Shown here piece after piece: positions 36,999 to 50,589 of a DNA stretch of 64,000 nucleotides; position 1 is the first letter of the stretch, and every line of letters starts with the position of its first letter. This stretch comes from the human T2T-CHM13v2.0 reference genome, Homo sapiens. The translations under genes and the position numbers were made by a program. A model generated the notes under the pieces. The model was not told where the DNA came from. It did not search any database and saw nothing but the letters and a program-made list of their open reading frames with translations. The DNA lies in NCBI RefSeq assembly GCF_009914755.1, contig NC_060928.1, one strand, 5' to 3'.

Positions 36999-38922
36999 TC
37001 TGCTCTAACCCAGGAGTTCTATCTATGGTCAGGAAACCAAGCCCTGTCTAAATCAACATCCAACCTTGCAATGAAATACCTGTCTCCCTTTCTTGGTGTT
37101 AACTCCAAACCTTGTGAGCAATTCTCTTATAGAAACTCTCCCCTACCAATGTCAGTAAAGGGAATTGGTTCAGTGCCTCCTTCCCTATCTTATAGGAGGA
37201 TGGAGAAGATAGTTTCTCTCTAAGAACAGTACACTCTTCCATTCTACCACAAAAATGTGCCAGGACCTTTCTTCCATATCATGATAGTAAGGGTCACCAA
37301 AACAGTTCAATACTTCTCAACTTCCCAAACCAACCCCTCTCTGATTGGACTCTGGAGAATTTAGTGATTCCTGTAAAGTTCAGGAAACTGAGATAACTAA
37401 AACTCAGTGAGTAGTTCACATTACTCTTACATAATTTTAAAATCAGAAATATTGATTCTTACTTTTTAAAAAATTATATTTTTTTCCCAAATAGGGCTCT
37501 CCATTGAAGTTCCATATAGCTTAAGAGCCATTGATATATTTAAATAAGGTAACATAAAATGAAAGTTCAGTGTACTGATTCCTTCTTTTGCTATCTCTGA
37601 GGGTCACAGAAATCAGGAAATGACCAAGGAGCCATTCACCATGTAAATGACCAGTGTCACTCTCAGATGACTGCAGCCTTTAGAACTGCAAACATAAGCA
37701 AGGCAGCTGCTGGTGTCAACAGCTGTCCCTGGAATATCACCAGGTTATTGATAATCTAATAGACCTTCACAGCAAAAACAATGAATAGAAGGCCAGAGTT
37801 AAACCAGTGATCATGTTGTTCATCAAAAGTACATCTTCATAAGCTTTAGCAGTCAAGGGTTAGCATATGTCAGGTTGATTCTCTCCTAAGATTCCCATGG
37901 ACACTTTAAAGATCTCAGCACAGATTCAAAGCTAGAGAACATTCAATATAGCAAAACTGGATATGATTCGTACTTGAAGAATTGTGGACATAAGACTCAC
38001 CTGCTATTTCTTCTCTCTGGAGCTCATAGCCTCTGGTTGATAACTTGTGGAACAGAGTCTTTACAAGAGAGATTCCTAAGGGCTTCCCCTCCAGCTACAA
38101 AAAATATAATTTCTGGTGGTGTCTGAGATTCCATTAGACATAAAGAATCTGATCTACTGTCATTATTAAAGGTGTGCTTATGCATGTTTGGTTGGAAACA
38201 GACCATTTTACATGCCCACTTTCACAGCATGTACAGAAAACATGCTGTGAATACAATTAAATGATTTTTGTGTGTGTGAAACGGGGGGTAAACATATTTT
38301 ACTTATTTGCATTTTCTAAACTTCTGCAATGATTTTATGTCAACTTTTTATTTCTACAAAGTAATTTTTAAATCTTATGAAAAAACAGAGCAATTTTCGT
38401 AATCATTTTACAAAAGAGGAAATTAGCTTAGAGAAAACGGGTAGTAGCAGATGAGGAGAGCCTGGTTTCTCTAATTCCCAGGTTAGTATTAATATTTTTT
38501 GGCTCTATTATACCTCCTAAGACAATGATTGCTGAGACAAATTGGTTATGCCTCCAAAGAACTTAATGAGGGTAATAAAAGTAAGGAAATAATTACCTGA
38601 CATAGACACAGAGTAATTTAATTTAGTTTGGAACCTTGGGTCCATCTATGATTTGCCTGACTGGTACTTTCTTGTACTCCAAGCATATATTTACACACTG
38701 ACAGCCAAAAGTCAGGAGTCTGCTTAAGGGATGGCTTTTTAGTCCATACAATCTTCTCTAGTAACTTATCTCCAGCTTCAACCTTTTTCCAGGTTTGCTT
38801 CTGGGGGTCATGACTCTCTCTGTTTCTTATTTAGACACAAGTTCTCCTTATTTAGGATTTCATCAGGAAGAAATCAAATCCCACATACACAGCACAGACT
38901 GAAGTATCTGATTTTTAAATGC

Positions 38923-38928
38923 TTTATT
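38923..38928 (-). terminator. TKTL2: Probable TKTL2 polyadenylation signal (AATAAA); alternative AATAAA at 39402-39407
   Basis: TTTATT on plus about 740 bp past the stop codon; choice of the used site is inference. Confidence 0.6.
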
Positions 38929-39665
38929 ACATTAACTTTAGTATCATTAGCAGATGAATATAATCAGATTAACAAACTGGTTTGGCCACAAGGAAAAGAA
39001 AAAACATTTCTGAAGCTTCACAAAACTATGTGTGTAGTGTGCAAACTAGAACCAGTTATACTTTCATCACTTCACAGAACACAAGTAGTGTGGTGCATCA
39101 AGAGATGTTCCACTGCTGCACCATCACCTCCAAACTGTAGAGGAGAGATGAAGGCAAACTTTGGAGGAATTTCCAAGGCAACTGCAGTCAAACATTATCT
39201 GTAAAACTGCAGGTATAAATGGCATTATACAAAAGCTCAAACATCCTTCAAAACTTGGACTATTGAAGTCTACAATTAAATTTCAATTTTTTTAACTTAC
39301 AAGGAAATCATACTCATTTAAGATACAGTTACCTCTACTTTAATCCCCAGCTCAGTCAGATATTTGTAGTCTTATCAGAAATATTTGTATTAGGTAGTTG
39401 TTTTATTTCCTATTCTATTGCTTACAATTTTAAAATCCACATTAATAACTCAGAGTAACATTTATACATAGATTAACAGAAAGGTAAACTTTAATTTCCA
39501 AATTAGGAATGAAGAAAGATGTTAAATGGCTTTGCTTTAAAAGAAACAGTACAACTGTATAGGTATAAATAATGGTTTTGTGACAATAAACATGAATTTA
39601 ATACAAAGATACCAGTGCTTTTGGGCCAAAGCCAATAGACTTGACTTTTTAGAAATAAGCCTAGT

Positions 39666-41546
39666 TTACTTCATTAAAGTAAGTGTTACGGCTGCTATAA
39701 TGTGTCTGGTACTGATTCCAAACATATCCAGCAATTCACTAGTTTTCCCACGTTGAGGCACTCCTGACACTGCCAGTTGATGAACAAGGATATCAGGCTC
39801 CCTGGAGACAGCTGCACAAACAGCTTCTCCAATGCCACCTTCCCTGTAGTGATCCTCCACTGTGATAACTCGGCCGCCTGTGGCTTTTGCACTGGAGATG
39901 ATGGTGGCGGCATCCAGGGGTTTAATGGTAAATGGGTCGATGACACGGACAGAAATACCTTGTTGAGAAAGATGGTCAGCAGCTTCTAAGGCTTCATGGA
40001 GAGTAACTCCAGCTCCAATTACTGTGACTTTATCATTGACACCGTGGCGGACCACCTTGGCCTGGCCAATCTCAAAATTTTCTTGTGGGGTATAAATAAC
40101 TGCAGTTTCTGGTTGGCTGGTTCGAATGAAGCACATTCCCTTGGTATTGGCGGCTAGATAAATAGCATGCTCTGTCGAGATGGCATCACTTGGATAGAAA
40201 ACAGTACAATTGGGAATGCTTCGGAACATGGCTAGATCCTCCAGGGCCATCTGGGAGACTCCATCTTCTCCAGTGGATACCCCACAGTGGGAACCAATAA
40301 GGTTGATATTGGCTTGAGAAATGGCTCCCATTCGGAGCTGATCGAATGCTCTAGTAAAAAAGGCAGCAAAAGCACCAGCAAAAGCAATGGTTCGACCACG
40401 TGTAGCACAGCCTAGTGCCACACTTACCATGTTTTGTTCAGCAATAATACACTCTATGAAACGCTCAGGGTGTTCTTTCCTGAATATCTCAGAAAAGGTG
40501 GAGTTCATCGTGTCACCACTCAGAACAATAACTCTTTCATTTGCACGGCCCAGTTTAGCCAGAGCCAAACCATATGTTTTCTGAGTAGCTATCTTGTCAC
40601 CAACTTTGTAAGCAGGTGGGGAGGTCATTTTTATATCTGTGATGCTTATTTGAGGTGAGTCTTCCACAGGCGATTTTGGTATGAGATTCTCATTGGTCTG
40701 TATCTGACTCTCAATTAATTTGACAATTGCATCTGCTCTTTCTTTTGGCACTGGCTTTCCATGCCAATTTTCTGCATCCTCAATATTTGGAATACCCCGA
40801 CCTTTGAAGGTCTTGGCAACTATAGCAGTAGGCTTGTTCTTCACTTGACTTGCTTGCCAAAATGCTTGGCACAAGGCCTCCACATCATGGCCATCCACTA
40901 AGTAAGTATTCCATCCAAAGGCTTCACAGCAATTCTGGTAGATGTCTGCGCCATGCTCAAGGGGTGCAGGGCCACTTTGTCCCAAGCGGTTCACGTCGAA
41001 GACCGCCACGAGATTGTCCAAGTTGTAGTGGGAGGCAAAAGCAAAAGCCTCCCACACAGAGCCTTCTGAGGATTCGCCATCTCCCATAAGGCAGAACACC
41101 CGGTAGCTGGCCTTGTCAAGGTACTTGCCAGTATAAGCCATTCCACATGCAGTACCTAATCCCTGACCTAGGGACCCTGTTGCCACGTCAACAAACGGCA
41201 ATCGGGGGGTAGGGTGTCTCTCCAAGTCGCTGTGAAGTTTCCTCAGGTTCAGCAAGTCAGATTCACTGATGTCACCCACCTCCACCCAAGCAGCATAGAG
41301 GATAGGAGCAGCATGTCCCCTGGAGAGGATGAACCGGTCGTTGTCCGGGTGTTCTGGGTCTGTCTGTTTATACTTCATCGTGTGGAAGAAGAGGACAGAC
41401 ACGACCTCCGCTGCACTGCAGCACGACGTGAGCTGGCCAGAACCAGAGGCACACGTGGCCCTGATGGAATGGATCCGCAGGCGGTTGGCTGTGTCCCGCA
41501 GCACCTGCACGGTCTTCACGTCGGGCTTGGCGTCGTTGGCCATCAT
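39666..41546 (-). CDS. TKTL2: Transketolase-like protein 2, single exon, 626 aa
   Basis: Uninterrupted [19 protein letters not shown]...TLTLMK*; ThDP motif GDGE...[30 protein letters not shown]; 1881 nt from ATG at 41546. Confidence 0.98.
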
Positions 41547-41815
41547 CTCTCTTTTGTCGGTTTGGCAAAGCAAACGGCGCCGCAGCACCCCCACAACCCA
41601 CCGCGGCAGTGCTCTCACGTGACCGCCCCGCCCTCGCCTCCCCTCTGCCTGAAGGCCTGAGCTCAGCCACCAGCCGGGGCGCCCACAACGGAGCTTCCCG
41701 CGAGACTGAGGAAACGGAAACGTTGGAGTAGCCTGCACCCTCTGATGTGCACCGTTCCCTCTCCCTGTCCACGCCCAGCTGAATGGATTTTTAGTATTTA
41801 CTTTGTCACGTGCAT
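41300..41815 (-). promoter_or_regulatory. TKTL2: CpG island and promoter of TKTL2
   Basis: CpG-dense; E-boxes TCACGTGA (41615-41622) and GTCACGTG (41805-41812), GC box CCGCCCCGCCC (41623-41633), TTCCCGCG (41695-41702). Confidence 0.85.
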
Positions 41816-42189
41816 GTTCAACATTAGGAAGCATAATTAAATTTTTTACCTTTCCCTGTGTTATAAATTCAAGACTAGACATTTTTCTGTGTATTATAGG
41901 AAGCGATTTGTCAGGCTGTGCTTTTTTAATGCATTAACACTATATCCGAGTCATCACTCTTTCATATCAGAACATTAATAGAAAGGATACAAAGTCACTT
42001 TCAATCTGACCAGTATGGCAATGCTATCTCAACAGAGACTTTCTCAGAGCAACCAAATATCTGAATCTCAGACTTATAGAAAGAAATGCAATGACTAATT
42101 TGACCAAAATTTATAGGAAGAACAAATCTGAAACCACCCAATTGCAGAATAGAATTGCAACTCCAGTGTGCCGTAAAGTACTATTTCTG

Positions 42190-42528
42190 TGTTGAAATAA
42201 TTAGAAGGCCAGTAGGCTGAGGTAGCTTCAGCTCCATGAGTTCCTACCTAAGGAAAGGAAACCCAAATCAGTGTAAATGATAAAAAGGAAATTTAAGCTT
42301 AATCAATCAGAAACTGCCAGCTAACTTCTAACTGGGGACTTTCCACTGGGATGACCCAAATAAGTCTAGTACTCCACTTTAACCAATCAAATATCTTTCC
42401 TTTGCTTCCAAATTCACCCTATAAAAGCCTTCTCCTTGGCTCCTTTATCAGGAGCTACCAGATTCATGAATCACTGAATGGTCAAATAAATGCTTTAATA
42501 TTTTAATGTGCCTCAGTTTATCTTTTAA
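42190..42528 (+). mobile_element. ERV1 solo LTR, MER93-like
   Basis: TGTTGAAATAATTAGAAGGCCAGTAGGCTGAGG start; CCAAT, TATAAAA and AATAAA in LTR order. Confidence 0.7.
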
Positions 42529-42589
42529 TGACTATTACTACAAATCATTTTTAAGACAAAGTTACTTACTTTAAAAAACTAAATTTGTG

Positions 42590-42921
<332 letters not shown>

Positions 42922-43206
42922 TTATGGTTTGTCATCAATAAAACAACAATTAAAAAAAACACAATGATAATATATCATACCTTCCCATATTGCGATGTTA
43001 AACCTCTTGGTTTCTTGAGCAATAATTCTTACCTTAACTTCACGTTAAAATTAGGGCACATAAGAAACACAATGCCTGGTTCCATCCCAGAAAAATAGAA
43101 TTTGAATTTCTGGACCTGGAGTCTGGGAAGCTATGTTTCTAAAATACATCCATTGATTATAATGGGTAGTCAAGGTTAATAACATAATCTGGAGATAGTC
43201 TGAGAC

Positions 43207-43384
43207 CAGTGGTTCTCAACATTAGTTGTAGTTTAGAATTATCTGGGAAGTTTTAAAAACATCTCATGTCCATGCTGCACTCCAGACCAATTATATCAGA
43301 ATTTCTAGGCAATAGATCTAGGCGTCAGTAATTTTAAAATCTTCCCCAGGCAATTTCAATGTTCAGTCAGGGTTGTAAACAACT
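43207..43384 (+). mobile_element. MER5A-like hAT MITE (second MER5 fragment at about 43065-43180)
   Basis: CAGTGGTTCTCAAC ... CAGGGTTGTAAACAACT termini. Confidence 0.75.
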
Positions 43385-44184
43385 AACTCAGGGGGTGTTG
43401 TTACTCTTTATACTTATTATCTCTTGCATTATATCTCAGAAAAATATTTCAAATGTTATTTGCTATTTCAACTAGTTCTATCATTTTAACTTTTAAGGAC
43501 ACATATTAGAATAAATAGTAATAATATGACACTAATGATTTTAAGACTTGTTGCAGGAATGTTGGCATTGGAGAAGTTCTTAAGAGGTCATCATGTATCC
43601 ATAACTCTCCATGTCCTTTGCAAATTAAAGCTTGTTTATCTTTTTAGACAAATAAAGGAGGAGGAAATACAAGCAGACTAGGCTAGAACTGGTAGTACAG
43701 AAGATGGGAATTAGAGAAAAAATAATAATCACAGTAAAATAATAGCAAACTACTACAGGCTGACAGGAAAGTAGTTAATATAAACACAGGTAGCTCACCA
43801 TTATTTTGGCCAAAAAGAACTCTAATAAATCCACACAATTAGTAAACATGATAGTACAAAAATGATTTATGAGGCAATGTTCCCATGAATAAAAACATGG
43901 GACTTCTTAACATTTCTTTCCAAGTTCCCACATTCTTTCACTCATTTAAAACATTGCACAGCTATTTCCTAAAGTATTAAATAAAAAAATTTTAACATTA
44001 GCAAAGGTCAATTTTATTAAGAGAAGAATGTAGTCTTGGAGATTTAATACCCTAGATAGTGAGTGTGAATTTCCCTCTATCATTCTGTGAGACCGTGTGA
44101 ATTTTTTATACTATATAGAAAATAATATTTTATAAATTATGTGTAAAATACTTATAAACCATTCTGAGATTTTGTAAAAGGAAC

Positions 44185-44400
44185 TCTGGAAAGATATATA
44201 TATATATATATAAAAATATATAAAAGTATATATATAGTAAAATATCTGGAAAGATATACTATATATAAAAGTATATATATTATATATAAAAACTCATATC
44301 AATATATGTAATATATATTAAGTTTATATAAAATTAATTTTATATTAATATGTTATATAAATAACATATATAAGCTGTTAATTATTTTCTTTAAGCATTT
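44185..44400. repeat. AT-rich low-complexity tract with duplicated TCTGGAAAGATATA
   Basis: Direct reading. Confidence 0.85.
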
Positions 44401-44455
44401 TAGTCTTTTAAATTTGAAATATATTTTAAAATATACAATTGAAAATATATAAATA

Positions 44456-44696
44456 CAGGTAGAGCATCCCAAATTTGAAAATCTGATGTTTCCAATGCTC
44501 CAAAATCTGAAACATTTTGAGCACTGACATGTTACTCAGGGGAACTGCTCAAAGGACATTTTGGATTTGGGATTTTTCTGATTTGGAATGTTCCGTTGTT
44601 AAGTATAATGCAGATATTCCAAATTTTTTTTTAATTGAAATCCAAAACACTTCTGGTCTCAAGCAAATAATTTCAACTAAAGAATACTCAACTTGT
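44456..44696 (+). mobile_element. Tigger4a/MER46-like MITE
   Basis: TA-CAGGTAGAGCATCCC...AATGCTCCAAAATCTGAAAC...GAATACTCAACTTG. Confidence 0.8.
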
Positions 44697-46019
44697 TTAA
44701 AGTATGCACAATTTCATAATGCAAAATTACCCAATATGGCTGGGAACACAACTTCGTCAAATAAATCAAACAAAGACGTGATACCACCTTCTCCCCTATT
44801 TAGAAGACAAAATAGGGGAGCCAAACCCTATTTGGCTGACAAAATGTCAGCCAAAAACTTTTAAACCAGCACGCCAAAAATGTAGTTGTCTTGGAGAAAA
44901 GTTCATTATTCATTTTAGAGATCATTTTGGAAGCCAGTCAAAAATGTTCTGCAAATAGGAAAACATTATTCATTTATTATTAATCTTGGTTTATCCAGAC
45001 AAAGCAGAGATTGGCAAATTCAAGTGCCTACTGGGATAAGGAGTTACCACGAGTGCTTGGATGTCAGCTATAAGAGGGTTAGAGGGGCCTGTGTTAAACT
45101 GGAGAATACAAGACCACTTAAAGGCATTCAAAATTGAAAAACGTATAAACATTTTGTTGGAAAAATAAAATATACCTTCAGGCTGCCACTTTTGACCCCA
45201 ATTTAAAGTCTATTTAAAAGCAGCAATAATTTTTGTTTTAACTTTGCTTAAATTTTTCACTTAATTTTTTCTCATAGTATCTAAAAGTATTCATTATAGC
45301 GTGTACTTCACATGAAAACAAAATCTAACAGGATTACCAATACAAGTAGCTATGAGGGAAAAACTTAAATAGTAGCAATTGATAAGTGTAATTTCTACTG
45401 AGCTGCAGCAGAGAAAACAGAACACACAATTACCGATTACTGAGTAGGTCTACACTGATTTGTGAAAATAGATATTTTGCCATGTGAGGGTGAGTGATAT
45501 TTAGGAGTTGGGAACGCTGAAATTTTACTTAAATCTTATTTAAACTGTTAAGTTTTGTTAAAATGGAATTATATAAAATACATAAATGCTGAATTCATCT
45601 TTTGCTTCCACTGTTTAAATTTGGTTGGCTTTGGAAGCTAAAGTATGGAGCAAATGAGAATAAGATTCTTGTGTAAGGCAATAAGTCTCCTGGAAAGAAA
45701 AATGTACTTTATCTTCCTGGATTATTGCTTTGAAAATTTTAACAGATGCTATTATGATGCATCTGTAGGATGCTATCCCACTTTTTCCACAGTTACAAGT
45801 CCTTATTTTGTGGTGGAGAGAGAAGGGGCAGAAGAGAGAGGTGGCAACAAATTTAAGAAACTTGGCCCAGCTCCTAGTCCCAGGAGAAAATCATAATTAA
45901 TGTAGGACCAGCATCACAATGCCATTCCCTTTGGCTAGTAATGGCAGTCAGCACTTATTGACCCAGTTCTGGTCAATAAGATGTAAGTAAAAGTCTGCTT
46001 TGGGTGTAATAATTCTCAT

Positions 46020-46110
46020 CGTTTCTTTCTTTTAGAGATGGGGTATTGCTATGTTTCTCAGGCTGGTTTTGAACTCCTGGCCTCAAGTGATCCTCCTGCC
46101 TGGTCTCCCA
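46020..46110 (-). mobile_element. Alu left-monomer fragment
   Basis: TAGAGATGGGGT...GAACTCCTGGCCTCAAGTGATCCTCCTGCC. Confidence 0.8.
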
Positions 46111-46182
46111 GCTGGTAATAATTTCTATTAAAGATTTTCTTCCTGGTAAACAGGAGAGAGTACAAGAAGAACTGTGATCTCT

Positions 46183-46403
<221 letters not shown>

Positions 46404-46498
46404 TAGCAGCCAAAAGCCTAAGGATAAGGCCAGGCGCTGTAGATCAATTATTAGCCACTTTTCCTGTAAACCTAAAAGAAATTAAAATAAATAGTGCA

Positions 46499-46946
<448 letters not shown>

Positions 46947-48161
46947 TTATCTTCAACTGAAAACATTTCTGGGAGATACAAAAATAGATCCCCTAAACAA
47001 GCTCCTGTAAGTCTAGTAATCAGGGAAAAAAACAAGAAAAACAATCAAGACGGCTCACAGTAGAAGAGAAGGGGCTCTAGAAAATGTAGTTTACTCAGTA
47101 TTTTTATTCTCAGTGCCTGGTCCCACCCACACACCTACAACTTTGGTCTTTTTTGTATAATTACTATTGCTATGTTGCTGTTGTTGTTATTACATTGACT
47201 ATCTCTTCAAAAACTAGGATTTTTAAACTTGGTACATGGGCTTTATGTATAGAAAACACTCAGATACCTTATCATATTCATTTGCTGTCTGGCCTAGATG
47301 GTTGGGTATGATGGAAATATGAAAATGATATAGCTGGATTTATTCTCATATAGACTAGCTACATTTAGTGGAGAAAATGCTTTTCCTTCCATCCAGATAA
47401 TAACCTTGAAGTAGATTACAACAAAATCTCTTACTTTTGAAAACTAAAATATAATAACAAATGATAGCAATAGTAATTTTTTAAAATCCAAGGTATTAGA
47501 CTTATATTACTGATTGTAAATCAGTATGATCAGCTTTAAATATATGAGAGGAATTTAATTCATTCTATAAACCATTTTTATTAGATACTACTATTGTATG
47601 CATTAAATAGTGGATTAGTACTTGCGCCATGTCCCACCTAACTCCTTCCCATCCTCAGGTCAAATTCAGCCCTTTGTTGAGATTTTATTTTGGCTAGAAT
47701 ATTTTAGCAAATGTATTGAGTTACAAACAACAAACAATAACAGTAATAACATTAATCCATTTAACCAACAAATTAATGAATTTTGGCAAATGTTTATTTC
47801 TATTTAGCTATCACAACAATCAAAATATAACTTCAATATTTCTATCGTCCTCAAACATTCCTGTATGCTTTGGCATTCAGTTATTCTTCACCCTAGGCTC
47901 CACTGATTTGCTTTCTGTCTCTGAGGTTCTGTTCCTTTTTGTTTTTTATTCTTTCCCCTTCTGAACTTCAGTTTGGATAGTTTCTATTGCAGTGTCTTAA
48001 AGTTCACTGAATTTTTCTTCTGCAGTGTCTAATCTGCTCTGAATCCCATCCATTGAATTTTTTATTTCAAATATTATACTTTTTATCATTAGAAGTTCCA
48101 TTTGGTTCTTCTTTATATCTTACTGTCCTCATAATATTAATCTCCTTTTAATTCTTCTAGA

Positions 48162-48214
48162 ATATATATATATTCTATATATATATTCTATATATATATA
48201 TATATTCTATATAT

Positions 48215-48258
<44 letters not shown>
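48162..48258. repeat. Interrupted (TA)n tract ending in pure (TA)20 at 48219-48258, within an Alu tail
   Basis: Direct reading; lies inside TSD CTTCTAG(A/C)ATAT. Confidence 0.95.
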
Positions 48259-48555
<297 letters not shown>

Positions 48556-49944
48556 CTTCTAGCATATTTTAAGAAGATTTTTTTAAAAGTCCTTGTCTAC
48601 TAAGCCTATTATTCGGTCTCTCTGTTTCCATTAACTAATTTTTCTTCTGATAATGTGTTACACTGTCCAGTTTTATGGAATATCTAGTTTTTAAATTAAA
48701 TGCTTGACATTATTTTGGGCGGTTGGATTTTATTTTATTGTATATTTTTAAAGAGTGTTGGACTTTGTTCTGAGAAGCCACTCATTCCTTTCGAGTATTT
48801 TAAGTCTGTTAAGGCAAATGTAGGGTATGCTTTACTCTAGTGTTAGTTTAGCTCCCCTACAAAAGCATAATCTCTCCAGGGTTTCCACCGAATGCGCCGG
48901 TGTGTTCAATCAGGCCCCTCAACTCTGGCTGGCTAGGACTCAAGTGTGGCTTAGCTTCTGTGAGTTCTGGGAACTGTTTGGTTATCACCTTTCCCAAGTT
49001 GTCATTTTCCTGGCCATGTAAGATGTATGCTTTATGCAAAGGTACTCTAAAGATTTCTGGAGCTCTTTGGGCACTTTCTCCTTATAATCATTCTGCCTTC
49101 AAAATGCTAGCCAACATAGGATTCCTGAGCTCCAATCTCTGTTGCCTTATTTGCCATGCTGTGTGTCAGATGCCCTTCCCTGTAGCACTGTCTGGAAAGG
49201 GCCTCTAGGAAGAAAGCCAGAAAGATAATGTTTTCTCTCTTTCATAGACCACGATCCTGTGCTGCCTGTTTTCCAATATATGAAAACTATTACCTTATAA
49301 ACTTTGTCTAGCTTTCTAGTTGTTTATGGCTGGAGGGTAAATCTCATTCCAGTTACTTCATCATAGCCTCAGAACAGCATTTAAAATGTTTTGAATGTTA
49401 ATACTTTATACTGGGCATATATTCTCCAGAAAACGGTATCCCAACTCACACTACTCCTTATGTCTAGCACCCCTCTGATTCCCACATTTATATTACTTCT
49501 TGAACCCAGAAGACTTTGGAATTTCCAATTACACCAATTGTTACTAACCCTTATGGTGTCATTTTAAAAAGATGTCCCTCAAAGCATGGTCTAATGAAAT
49601 TTTAATTTTTAAGAACTATCAAAAAAATTTCATTGTTATGGTTAAATTTTCCAGAGAGATTTAGTACTGCTCTGATAAACCCAAAAACCCTTGGCATTTG
49701 TATGATTTTAAATTAAATTCTCTAAAACATATCAAATAACTGCCTTTCTTCTTATAAAGGGGATGTGGAGCATTAACCTTTTCTTTGATGACTAATGGTC
49801 ATCATTATGACCACTGGCTATTAAGCTTTATTGAAATTCAATCAAATAAATCAAAATTACTATTGAGAATGGTGCTTAAGGAAGGTTATTCCAGCATCTT
49901 TGTTCAGAATAAATGTTCAATTTTTATTACTCTACTGTAGTATA

Positions 49945-50435
49945 TTTTTCAGGGTATGTAGCTGTAGTAACAAAATAACCAAAAAAAAAAAAAAAAAAAA
50001 AAAAGGAAGTGGCTCAAGCAAGATTTAAGTTTATTTTTCCTTCACATAAATGCTCAGAGTATGCTTGGAAGTCAGGCAGCTCTGCTCAAGTGGGTTTTAC
50101 AGGGTCCCAGATTCTTTTCATGGCTGCCTAGTCATTGACTCAGGTGTTGGCCTCATCTGCAAAATTGAAGCCAGAAACCACTTGGGCCACCAAAGAATAG
50201 AACAAAACGAGAATACAGGGGGACAATCTATTTCTTTTTCAGGAAGCAACCCAGAAATTGTAAATTTCACTTCTCATTCTCTGTTGGTGAGAACTTACTT
50301 GCCTAGCCACAGCCAACATTAAGGGAGTTTGTGAAATGAAGCAATTTGCCCACTGATCTGCTGAAACTTAGGAGATTATAATACAAAGACAAAAGGAAGA
50401 ACCAATACTGGTGGACAAGTTATAATCTCCACCAC
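49945..50435 (-). mobile_element. Old MLT1 (J/K/L-like) LTR containing an A24 run
   Basis: TAGCTGTAGTAACAAAATAACC...AGTGGCTCAAGCAAG...AAGTTTATTTTTC. Confidence 0.6.
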
Positions 50436-50589
50436 TTATTATTTTAACATTTAACTTTTGGTTGTGCTTTGTAGACAAACAACCTTGTAACATTGTTTAT
50501 AGCATTTACAAGTTAAAACAGTTTATCTTCAAAGCAATGCTTTTACATGCTTTAGAACCAAAGCAGATTTTTTTGACTGAATAGTGAAA

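Noticed and set aside
40387-41772. Overlapping and antisense ORFs within TKTL2
   Set aside because: Expected shadow ORFs of a GC-rich coding region; no independent evidence.
39666-41882. 738-aa ORF as the true TKTL2 product
   Set aside because: Transketolase homology begins at MMANDAKPD (41546); the upstream part crosses promoter motifs. Kept only as a speculative extension.
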